Source: Cyanophora paradoxa CCMP329 (lineage: Eukaryota > Plantae > Glaucophyta). From it: a stretch of DNA of 64,000 bases. Both the position numbers and the translations under genes were made by a program. Location of the stretch: NCBI GenBank assembly GCA_004431415.1, contig QPMI01000514.1, positions 434,001-498,000 of the forward strand, given 5' to 3'. Below are positions 1 to 10,700 of this stretch, piece by piece. Positions within the stretch are counted from its first letter, which is position 1. Each line of letters begins with the position of its first letter. The notes under the pieces are model-generated. The model worked only from the letters and a program-made list of their open reading frames with translations. It was not told the DNA's origin and did no database searches.

Positions 1-1
1 T

Positions 2-3000
2 GAAATCGATATATTAGAGCTTGATGATTACCAATTTGTCCCAGATGAGGAAGAGTTTTTACCTGACGGTTTCGACCCGCAAGAGTATGAGTATGATCAA
101 TACGACCCAAATGAGGAAGAGTATTTACCCGATGGTTTAGATCCACAAGAGTATGAGTATGAACAGAACTATGAACCCCATGAGGAATATTTAGCAGATG
201 GTCTCGAACCACCAGTTGTGGATTATGAGCAACCTTATGAACCCCATGAGGAGTTTTTACCAGATGGATTACAACCGGAGCTTTTTGAGTTCTTTCCAGA
301 TTGGGAACAGATCAACAACAAACCAGCAAGATATCCACCAGAGGATCACAACCATGATTGGGATGAGATCTTGGGTAAACCTGAAAAATATCCACCTGAA
401 GATCACAGGCATGATTGGGAAGATTTAGATAACATCCCTATTGAATTTCCACCAGAACACCATGAACATGTATGGCACGAAATTGTAGAGCAGCCAACTT
501 TTGCATCGGCAGGTGATCCAGTGACAGACTTCCCACATGGTGTTAGTCTCTATCAAAACATTGAAATACCAGAAAGATTACAATTAAACGATTATTATGT
601 GAATCGTCAGGGAATCGATGCAGGCACCACAATGGATGGCGAATTGTATATTAGACCACCCACAAGGGATGTAATATTACCACTTGGTGGTGGAATTGAA
701 ATTAAAAATACAAAACCAGGAATCTACTTAACAAACTACTACCCCGATGATGTCCCGATGACAGCAGGATTTATTTCTCTACCATCTGATCCAGCAAACT
801 ATGATAACAAAGATGCAACAATACAAATTAATGTTACGAATGTTAGCGATTTAGACGGATCAAGACCAAAACTTATATTCAGTCGTGAGCAACTCGCAGC
901 AGAAACACTTTTAGGAGATCGCGATGATTATAAACAATGTGAGGTAGCATGGATTAAAACAAATTATAATGGTGGAGTTCCTGAGGGTCTTTTAGAAATC
1001 AATCAGAGAGCCTCAGCGAAAAACATTCATAACGAAAATATTTCAAGAGTCGTAACAGAAGATTATTTTAGATGGGATAATATCCCTGACGCACCCGAAA
1101 AATTCCCACCCTCAGACCATGAACATGTTAAAGCCGATATTACAGATTTCGCACATGAACACGTCAAAGCCGATATTACAGATTTTGCCCACACTCACAC
1201 AAAAGATCAAATAACAGATTTCGCACATGAACACGTCAAAGCCGATATTACGGATTTCGCACATGAACACGTCAAAGCGGATATTACAGATTTCGCCCAT
1301 ACTCACACAAAAGCAGATATCTCAGACTTTGCCCATACTCATCTAAAAGCAGATATTACAGACTTTGCACATGCTCACACAAAAGCAGATATCACAGATT
1401 TTGCACACACCCACCTTAAAGCAGATATTACAGACTTTGCACATACTCACCTAAAAGCAGATATTACAGATTTTGCACATACCCACACAAAAGTGGATAT
1501 CTCAGATTTTGCACATAGGCACAATTGGGACGAAATAGACGAACAGCCAGTTTTTGCACAATTGAATGCAATCGGAAACGTTTTTAATGGAGTCACTCTT
1601 TACCAATCAAGTAATACACCTGAAAGATTGTATTTGAATGATCATTATGTTAGTCTCAATGGTTCATTTACAGGTGAAACAGGCACACCGATGGTGGGAA
1701 CTCTTGCAGTAAGATTACCCAGGGATCCAATCGTAAATGGAGTTTATGATGGTGATTTTAATGTAGGAGTAAATGATACTTTCCCCAGTATCTATGTTAC
1801 GAATTATCACCCAGGTGAAACAGGACAAGTAGCCGATTTTTCAGCAGCTATTCAAATAAACGTTACAGATCAAAGCGCATATGATGGAGCAAGACCTAAG
1901 ATAGTTTTCACAAGGGAGAAGGTTGTTAACTATCTTCCAGTTACAGGACAACCCACAGATGATCATGGGAAATGTGAGATGGCGTGGATTAAAACGACAA
2001 CAGGTGGCGCCTTAGAAGTCAATCAGAGAATGGCGGCGAAAAACTTACACAATACAACCCTTTCCGGTGTTGTTACAGATGATTACCTTACCAATAAAGG
2101 ATATCTTACGACCGCGGATTTAAGCAGTTATGCAACCGATGCAGAATTAGCGGCGGCACTTGCGAATTATCTACCTCTCACAGGTGGAACTGTAACAGGA
2201 ACTGTGAATGCTACCACTTTACAAATTGGTGGAACCACAATACCAAAAGGTTACGATTTTGACCAATTAGATGTGGTTTCGACAGATAGAAGCGCAAATA
2301 ATTGGACTGTCAATTGGAGTCCGAGAACCGGACAAACAGGATGTTATACAACACCACAAAATGATGAAGATTGTAGCGCTTGTTTTATGCGTTGGACAGT
2401 TCCAGAAGGTATGAAATCGTTTTACATCCAGCACATGCCGTGGTATAATTGTAGATACTTTGATATTTACGGGCAAACTGTGAATGGATATCAACATTTC
2501 TTAAAACGAGTTAATGATTATCAAGGAATCCAATCAGTTAATAATGATGGAACCAATAATACTATTTTGTTCACTTCTATCAATTGCGAATTTTACACAA
2601 AGATATATATATTCAAGGTCGAAAAGGTCGCATTCATCTTACGGGGGTTTTCGGTTGGAGTAGACAGAGAGCAACCGACAATGAATTGGGCATGATCTCT
2701 TGGGATAATATTTTTAGCAAACCATCATTTTACTCAGCCGCAGACCTTCCAGCAACAGCAAAATGGACAGTGGACAATTGGTTAAAATCAACAGACAATA
2801 TAGAAAGATTTTGGTTTGGAAATGGTAATACGACATATATTCGTGGTTATGGAAACTCTGATAATGTTTGTGTGGAGTTTCGCAATGGCTCCGATTTAGC
2901 ATTATTAAAATCATATAATAATGGTAATTTATGGGTTGGAGGAACTTTAAATGTTACTACAAGTGTAAGCGCACCATCAATTACAGGAACTACTATAAAT

Positions 3001-4590
3001 GCAACAACCATAGATGTCGCAACATTAAAAAGAAATGGTTATGACGTTCCGAAATGTTACGCTTTTGATGACACAGTAGCAGGTGGCGCTTATCAGTTAT
3101 CGAGTGGAACTTGGATAGTTGGTTATGGAACCGCTTGGGATCCAGGATATAATTATGGAAGTTATGCATACAACAGTGAATCCGATGATACAGCAGTTCC
3201 TACAACAACTTGGATTCAGTATACAATACCCACAGCAATGGTAAATGGGACAGCATTCCTTACACTTTTACCATGGTTTAATTGCCGTTATTTTGAGATT
3301 TGGGGAGTCCGTAGTAATGCAACAACTGTATTTATTACGAGAGTTAATAACTATCAGCCACATGACGGCAATAGCGACGGTTACCACAACGGGTTAAATA
3401 ATGTCCCTATCTTCCTTGCCGGTCGATTTACTCACATTCGTATTTATCCAAAAGTCGGAAGAGTTCACATTATGGGTATTGGTTTTACACACGATCGCGC
3501 ACATAGTAGTTCTTATGGTGGTTCAACCGGTTTTATTCATTGGAATAATGTTTATAGTAAACCTACTATTCCTACATCCTATCTGTCGTTAACAGATGTC
3601 ACTAATTCAATCGGAAACATTACCAGTTTTGATGTGGTTTCAGGATGGAATAGTGCAACTGTTTATTTTGTAGGATCTTGGGGAACAGGTTGGAAACCTA
3701 CAACAGACAATCCAGTAGAAGGATTTTATAGCAACATCGAAAATGATACCACAAGTGGTGACTACATGCAAATGGAAGTTCCCAGTGGAATGCGAACCTG
3801 TCATGTTCAATATTTCTGTTGGACAAATTGTAGATATTTCGATATTGGAGGATATCGAAATGGTAGATGGAATCACATAATGAGAGTAAATACGTATCAA
3901 AATATTTCAAATGTAGCGGATTCAAATTGGCATGATGGGTTAACATGGACATCCTTCTTTTGTGCGAATTTCTCACATATTCGATTTATTGCAAGAAAGG
4001 GGAGATGTCACATTGGGATGATTGGATGGACAAAAGAAGTAGGAAGAACCTCACCAGCTAACGGAATGATTTCATGGGATAACGTTTTTAGTAAACCAAA
4101 TTGCGCAACTTGGCCCGTTGATACTTGGATTACTTCAAGTGAAGGTAATGGGAGAGTTCATTTTGGTTCATCATCAACTACATACATTAAAGGTTATGGT
4201 TACGAAATGATCCATTTTAGAAATGGAGTTGATATAACAATGCAAGCTTTTTATAATGATGGTAACGCTTACTTTTGGGGATGGCTTACACAAGGAAGTG
4301 ATAGAAGATACAAAACCGACATTAAAAATATAACCGGCGCCCTTTCAGCAATCGAGAAATTACAGGGTGTGAGTTATAAAAAGATTGGAGATGAAAAACA
4401 AAAAGTTAATTTAGGTTTGATTGCGCAAGATGTCGAAAAAGTCATACCAGAAGTAGTAGGTAAAAATCACGAAAACTATCTAACCCTTGCATACACGGGT
4501 TTAATTCCTGTTCTCATTGAAGCAGTGAAGGAGTTATCCCAGAAATGCAAGGATCTACAAGATCAAATAGACCAATGGCGCAGTCGCTAG
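2..4590 (+). CDS. Fibre/spike protein copy 1 (5'-partial; one frameshift at ~2603-2612) with acidic repeats, HxH repeats, three 'WxNCRYF(D/E)I' beta-domains and a C-terminal peptidase S74-like intramolecular chaperone
   Basis: Frame is open from base 2 into ORF 218..2695. ORF 2584..4590 continues the same protein as copy 2 (EFYTKIY(I/V)QGRKGRIHL) once an extra AT in an (AT)n run is removed. The C-terminus SDRRYKTDI..LQGVSY..LGLIAQDVEKVIPEVV..YTGLIPVLIEAVKEL (from ~4297) is the S74 signature. Confidence 0.85.
1118..1513 (+). repeat. 11 x 36-nt coding tandem repeat (H-x-H-x-K-A-D-I-T-D-F-A)
   Basis: Counted directly in the translation. Resembles phage tail-repeat HxH motifs. Confidence 0.95.
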
Positions 4591-4636
4591 ACCCAGGCTG
4601 CTTAACTGCCGTAATAAAAATGTCACAGTATAATAA

Positions 4637-4945
4637 ATGGCGACCTATCCACTCGGTGGAACTCCTTCTACTTCTTCTGAGCCTGTCGCTCTTGCATTCG
4701 ATACTATCAAACTTGTAGCCGCACTACAAACTGTCGAAAAAACGATACAACAAACTAACAAACTGTCCCCAGTTGTTCATGAATATAAAAACCTCTTGGT
4801 TAATGTCCTTGCGCAATCGGCTTATGGTGATCCTGTTGCTAAATACTCTGAGTGCGATAGCAATATCAAAGCAATGACAGCCAATATTCAAGCTCTTTCT
4901 GTTGCTTACCAAGCCCTTGGAGCGAATCTAATCACTTTGGCTTGA
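4637..4945 (+). CDS. Hypothetical 102-aa helical protein (cassette gene 2, copy 1)
   Basis: Close paralog at 13798..14103 with many synonymous differences. Confidence 0.85.
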   Translation: MATYPLGGTPSTSSEPVALAFDTIKLVAALQTVEKTIQQTNKLSPVVHEYKNLLVNVLAQSAYGDPVAKYSECDSNIKAMTANIQALSVAYQALGANLITLA

Positions 4946-5001
4946 TGGTAGTTTGGCTTGTCTGCCGACTTTTTTTTCTTTCCTTCTTAGTAAAATAAGC
5001 A

Positions 5002-5856
5002 ATGGGCGAATATAATCGGGTTCAGTTACCTATCTATTCACTTGGATCCCCTGCAAATCATTTTCGCCAACACGAAGTCAATGATGAGGTTCGCGGTCTG
5101 GAATCCACTGAACGACCTAATTCGAATGGTAACTCTTTTGACAAAAACTCAATGATTCGAGTAAAAGAACTTCGAGCTGACAAGAACTCAGGTGTGGTTA
5201 AAACAACTCGACTACTCGTATCTAATGCCAACTTCTTCCAACCAACTAATGGTGGCCCTGATGCTTATGGTGTTGATCTGAAAGCCCTTGACTTCGATAA
5301 GAATTCTGCTGCTGTTACTGTGAGATCAGGAGGAGCTTTTATTGGCGGTGGCTGCAGAATTTCAGGTCAACTCTCTTCTTCGATTGCATACAATGATGTC
5401 CCGGATTCCCTTGAACAAAATGTTGAAAATCCACAACGAATTCGGTTCTATACACCAGTTGCACAGCAACCTTTTCTTCACTTCTATGTTGCATCATCTG
5501 TCACTCTTGAAAATTCAGAGTTGGTTTCCATTACAGGAACTGATCGTGTGAGAAGGAATATTCCTCTTCCCACAGCAATGCTTTCGATGTGCAGAGCAAA
5601 CAACAATCAACCAGGTCACAATTACCTTTTCTTTGTTCAAGCATCAAATCATTTCGGTCGGGGATATTGTGTATATAACAATTTGACATTTACTTATGAT
5701 CTGTTTGTCACTGATGTAGGAGTTTACAATACTATGATTATGGGACTCAGAACAGATATAGCAGCTGTTTCGGCACTTCGTGGTGTGAATATTGCTGATA
5801 TCTTTACAACCGGATTTTACCAGGAGCCAGATGTTATTGACGATCCTACTCCGTAA
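5002..5856 (+). CDS. Hypothetical virion/fibre-associated protein, 284 aa (cassette gene 3, copy 1)
   Basis: Paralog at 14143..14988. Also homologous to gene 4. Contains a fibre-like GGAFIGGG.RISG motif. Confidence 0.85.
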   Translation: MGEYNRVQLPIYSLGSPANHFRQHEVNDEVRGLESTERPNSNGNSFDKNSMIRVKELRADKNSGVVKTTRLLVSNANFFQPTNGGPDAYGVDLKALDFDKNSAAVTVRSGGAFIGGGCRISGQLSSSIAYNDVPDSLEQNVENPQRIRFYTPVAQQPFLHFYVASSVTLENSELVSITGTDRVRRNIPLPTAMLSMCRANNNQPGHNYLFFVQASNHFGRGYCVYNNLTFTYDLFVTDVGVYNTMIMGLRTDIAAVSALRGVNIADIFTTGFYQEPDVIDDPTP

Positions 5857-5879
5857 AATTTATATTACTTTAATGTAAA

Positions 5880-6704
5880 ATGGCTGAAATTGAACGCATC
5901 CTTACAGCTCAGCTCTCACTCGCCGCCCCAGCTACCCACGTTTTACAACACGCTACTTTTGACGATGTGGAAGGTCTACAATCAACAGAGGTTCAACCAA
6001 CCATGAATACCTTTGGATCTACACATAAACTTAGATTGCAGGAACTCCGGTGTGATAAAAATAATGGTATAGTTAAGACAACGAAACTTCTTGTCACAAA
6101 TGCAAATTTTAGCGCAAATTATGGCGATCCAGATAGTTATAGCTCCCCTATTTCGACTTATTCTTTCGAATCTAGGTCAGGAGCGATCAACTGCAAGACA
6201 GGGGGAGCATATATTGGTGATGGTTTGCGTGTTGGGGGAACAATCGGAGCTCCTCTCTTCGTGAACGACACGCCAAACCCGATCGACAATCTGACGCGGA
6301 TTCGCACCTATGTCCCCGGTATGAATGCCCCCTATATAATCAAGATATTCCCCATTGTTGTTAATGAGCAGACATCAGTAGTTGATTCTCTGGTTGAAAT
6401 TGGTGATCATTATAAGGTAGTAGTCGATATTCCACCAGATATTTATGCACTCTGCCAGGTTGAGGGTGGTACTCCGAATATTTCAGTTGTGATCACTCCA
6501 TATGATAATTTCGGGATCGCGTATCATGGTGTAAATTTCGGCCTTGAAGACTACCAGTTCTTGGTGAGAGCAACCAGGTTTGGTATCTACAAATGCATCC
6601 TTTATGCTGAAAGAACCGATGCTATTGCTAAACAGAACACATATGCAGAATATGTTGGTACAAACAGGTATTTTCCTATATTCGGCAGCGATACGGCTCC
6701 ATAG
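5880..6704 (+). CDS. Hypothetical virion/fibre-associated protein, 274 aa (cassette gene 4, copy 1)
   Basis: Paralog at 15012..15848. Shares ELR(A/C)DKNxGxVKTT(R/K)LLV(S/T)NANF with gene 3. Confidence 0.85.
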   Translation: MAEIERILTAQLSLAAPATHVLQHATFDDVEGLQSTEVQPTMNTFGSTHKLRLQELRCDKNNGIVKTTKLLVTNANFSANYGDPDSYSSPISTYSFESRSGAINCKTGGAYIGDGLRVGGTIGAPLFVNDTPNPIDNLTRIRTYVPGMNAPYIIKIFPIVVNEQTSVVDSLVEIGDHYKVVVDIPPDIYALCQVEGGTPNISVVITPYDNFGIAYHGVNFGLEDYQFLVRATRFGIYKCILYAERTDAIAKQNTYAEYVGTNRYFPIFGSDTAP

Positions 6705-6742
6705 CCGCATTCCTTTGTTTTTTTATATTTTTCCATTAATAG

Positions 6743-7051
6743 ATGGATTTGCTTCGAAAATTATTGGATATGTTCCATCTCAACGTCACCAGCAAATTGA
6801 ATTGTAGTTGCTGCGAGACGACCATTAACCTCGAAATATCGGACACTGAGGGCTCTCGCACCCCAGAAACTCAGGTATCGCCTATTAACACACCCGGGAC
6901 TTCTAGGTCCAATTCTCCATTTACTCGAACTGACTCACCTGTACCTTGGCTTGATGCTGAAGGCCGAAGATTGTCCTGGCCACCCCCAAAGCCGCTGAAA
7001 AGAAAGAAGTCGTTGCTATCAAGTTTCCGAAAGGAAAAGCAGCCAGATTAA
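6743..7051 (+). CDS. Hypothetical 102-aa protein (S/T/P-rich, basic C-terminus)
   Basis: ATG-initiated ORF co-directional with the cassette. No recognisable family. Confidence 0.55.
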   Translation: MDLLRKLLDMFHLNVTSKLNCSCCETTINLEISDTEGSRTPETQVSPINTPGTSRSNSPFTRTDSPVPWLDAEGRRLSWPPPKPLKRKKSLLSSFRKEKQPD

Positions 7052-7056
7052 GTGGA

Positions 7057-7508
7057 TGAGGCCGCACCAGAGCGCTCTTGGGACACGAAGTGCTTCAATG
7101 TACTCATCATTATCGCCTAGATAGAGCTAAACGCTTTTCCTCTGGTTGCTTCAATGTTCTCATCATTTCGCCTAAAATTAACCTAAACGTGCTTCCTCTG
7201 TTAGCTTCATCGTACTCATCTATATCGCCTAGACTATTCTTTCTCGTTGCTCTGCAGACCGCGCTCATGGGGGCAGCGCTCCTCTTCGTCTATTCTAGTT
7301 GTCTCCTCTGCCTTGTATAGTCGTCAGATATTGCTTGGCTTCGACCTAGGGAATCGGATAGTAGACGTAACAAGAGAGCGGGGTAGACGTAACGAGAGAG
7401 CGGGGTTGGAGTGATAGCGGGGTGGACGCTAGGGCTGGTGCAGCGAGAGAGGTGGTGGGCCATCTGGGTGGCGAAGAGGGGTGGGCCACCGCGGTGGGCT
7501 CTCTCTCA
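7057..7508 (-). mobile_element. Solo-LTR-like insert (452 bp) truncating the patatin gene
   Basis: GC-richer than flanks. Ends TGAG...CTCA. Internal ~56-nt (7092-7236) and ~22-nt (7361-7404) tandem repeats, TATA-like TATACAAG on the - strand. Flanks GTGGA/TTTTT do not form a target-site duplication. Confidence 0.5.
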
Positions 7509-7720
7509 TTTTTTGCTGTCAGTTTAGGTTCACCTGGTTTATCAGGATGCCTTATATTCAAACCTATTGCAATGATCCCACCAGTGGAAGTTCCACTCAC
7601 AAGATCCACAAGATCGATTATTCTCCTGCCAGTTCGATTTTCGATTTCTTTTAGCAGCCTGGTTATGATAATGCCCCTTGCACCTCCCCCTGATAAAGAC
7701 AGGCAGATTTTCAAGGGCAT
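7509..7720 (-). pseudogene. 5' fragment of a patatin-like phospholipase
   Basis: LSLSGGGARG oxyanion motif and SGTSTGG nucleophile motif. Homology ends at PKLTAK where the insert begins. The catalytic Asp half is not found beyond the insert. Confidence 0.85.
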
Positions 7721-7763
7721 CTTTTACTTATCAGGAATTTTATAAATCCATATAGTAAAAGCC

Positions 7764-10700
7764 ATGAGCTTCAATTACCCACCAAATCTAGAAACCATTC
7801 AAGATGATAATGCAAGCAGCACCAAGCATGTGAACTTTGATAATATTAAAGTAAAGGGTTCAGTTTCGATTGACCACAGTTCCGATAATTCATCCAAGAC
7901 TCAATCAAGGGAGCATGCTTTATCTGTGAATCAAACCGATCCAGATAAGGAGGAAGTTAGTGTTGCTTTTAGCTTGGGTAATGTGAAAGCAAACCAAGTG
8001 GCAGAGATCAAAGCAACAAGAAGGAGACCTAGGAAACTCAAAACCAGTGGCACTCACCCAGATATACCTTCTAGGTTTGATAGTGGTCGATTGATTTTCA
8101 ATGTTCAAGATGAGCAGGGCAAACAGAACACAGGTTTGCGAATTTACAATGAGGGCAGCACTGCAAAAGCTGAGGTCCCCAAGTATTGCAAGTGGGTCCC
8201 ATTGCCAACACAAATCAGGTCTCCTACACAAATGATGTCTACCCCAAGGATATTACATATGACTTTGCAAGGAATGAGCCTTTTGGGTTCTTTACTCCAA
8301 AAGATGTCCATCAAAAAAAGCCATCAATTACAATCAACAGTAGCCCCAGTCAACCAGTAGCAATCCATTTACATCCTGATCTTGTTGAAATGGATAGGCA
8401 CCTTTTGCCTTTGTATAGCAATGTGAAAGACCTTGGAATTCGAACCAGGCAATGGCGAAATATCCATGGCAGCAATGTGTATGCAAATGGTGAGAAGCTT
8501 GTAAGTGAGAAGACCATAAGAGAGATCTTTGAGTATTATGGACCTGTCCCAGTTCCCTTCCCTCTTCCATGGGATCCACCGGATTTAACACCGAAAAAGC
8601 AACCAGGCAGAGAGTACACAGCAACTGAAGATGTAGCCTTTGGGCAGCATATTGTGAGTTGGGAGCAAGTTCGCAATAAACCTATAATTGAACCCAGAAA
8701 GCAAATAGATGAGCAGTATTTACCTCCTGAAGTCGACATATTAGAGCTTGATGAATATCAATTCGTTCCAGATGAGGAAGAGTATTTACCAGATGGTTTT
8801 GACCCACAAGAATATGAATATGATCAGTTTGATCCCAATGAGGAGGAGATACTACCAGATGGCTTAGATCCACAAGAGTTTGAGTATGAGCAGAACTATG
8901 AACCTGATGAGGAGTATTTGCCAGATGGGCATGATCCACCAGCTGTTGATTATGAGCAACCTTATGAACCCCATGAGGAACTATTACCAGATGGATTTCG
9001 CCCAGAGATTTGGGAATTCTTCCCTGATTGGGAGCAGATCAACAATAAACCAGCCAGATATCCACCAGAGGATCACAACCATGACTGGGATGAGATATTA
9101 GGTAAACCAGAGAAATTCCCACCAGAGGATCACAGGCATGATTGGGGTGATCTGGATGGGATTCCAGATAAGTTTGCAGCAAGCAACCATGAACACACCT
9201 GGGATGAGATCAATGACCAACCAGAATTTGCAAAAGTTGAGCCTCTTGCTACTCTGGGAGTTTCTCTTTACCAGACTTGCAATGTCCCTGAAAGGATCTT
9301 TTTGAATCACCACTATGTTCATGTGAATGGGACACTTGCGAATTCAGCTATGAGAGGACCACTTCATATTAGGACATTACCAGGCTCTTATAATCCACCA
9401 CCTGAACCAGGAGCAACCATACCAAATATCTTTGTGTCAAGCTACATGGAGGCTGACATTCCCACAGATACATTCAGAGTCCCAACAGACCCAGCAACCT
9501 ACCAAAATTACAACTCTGCTATACAGGTTCATGTAGCAGATGTAAGCAGTCTAGATGGATCAAGACCAATGATAGTTTTCAGTCGAGATAAATATTCCTA
9601 TATTCCCATAGTGGGAACTGCAAATGATAACTATGGGAGGGCAGAGCTTGCATGGATCAAAACAGATTATGGTGGGGTTCTTGAAGCCAATCAAAGAATG
9701 GCTGCAAAAAACATACACAATGAGAGCATTTCGAGAGTAGTCACAGAGGATTACCTTACTGCAGTAATCCTTGTTAATTTTGTAACCCTTGCTATGCTTG
9801 ATCAATTTATTACAGAAGCTGAACTTGCAGCAGAACTATCCAATTATCTCCCTCTTGTGGGTGGGACAATCACAGGAAACCTCACAGTTAATAGTAATAT
9901 TTACAGCAGCAATATAGAGACCAGCAACCTAAAAGTAAATGGAATCCTCACAATTGGCTCTTGCAATTTCAATACCATGAATCAGGTTTACGAAGAATGG
10001 TATGATGTCCCACCAAGCTTTGATCCAGCATCAAATATCTCGAACTGCATTTTTGCTTGGAAGGCATCAGGAGTACCAGGTCAATCAGCAATGTATACAA
10101 CTATAGTAAGCAGAGTCCCGAATTCAGTTGTTCCAGACTTGTTTATCTCCGGAGCCAGTTCCTATTACACCAATCCCGAAATCAACAACCAAGTTAGTGT
10201 TTCAAGCCCAACAGGCACTTTTTATGCATATACCTCTGCTACAAGAACTATTGATTTCTCAAATGGGCTTACATTTTTCTTTGTGGGAAAATATCATCCA
10301 ACTGCCTCTTCTATGCAAGTTCACTTGAGACTTTACAGAAGCGCCTTTCCATCACGATATTGTTATTATGGGGCAACATCTTCTACTGCTATTGGAATGA
10401 ACCAGTTCACTATTAATGGAGCATCCCAAACCCGCCCAGTTATAACAGTTCCTTCTTTAATAAATACATGGTATTACACTGACCAAACAATTACTTCCAG
10501 CAGCTACACAGTCGGGTTAAATGGAGTAGATATTGAAACACTTGTAGGAACAAATTATCTACCAGATAATACTGTCAATCATTTCGGATTTGGTAATATT
10601 GTGAATGGTGGTATTTCCGAGTTGATTGTTTTCAATAGGGCTTTGACAACTTCTGAAAAGAATGCTGTGAGGTATTACATTCAACAAAAATATGGATTCA

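Noticed and set aside
1118-1513. 36-nt repeats as a CRISPR array
   Set aside because: No spacers; in-frame coding repeat with synonymous variation; no cas genes.
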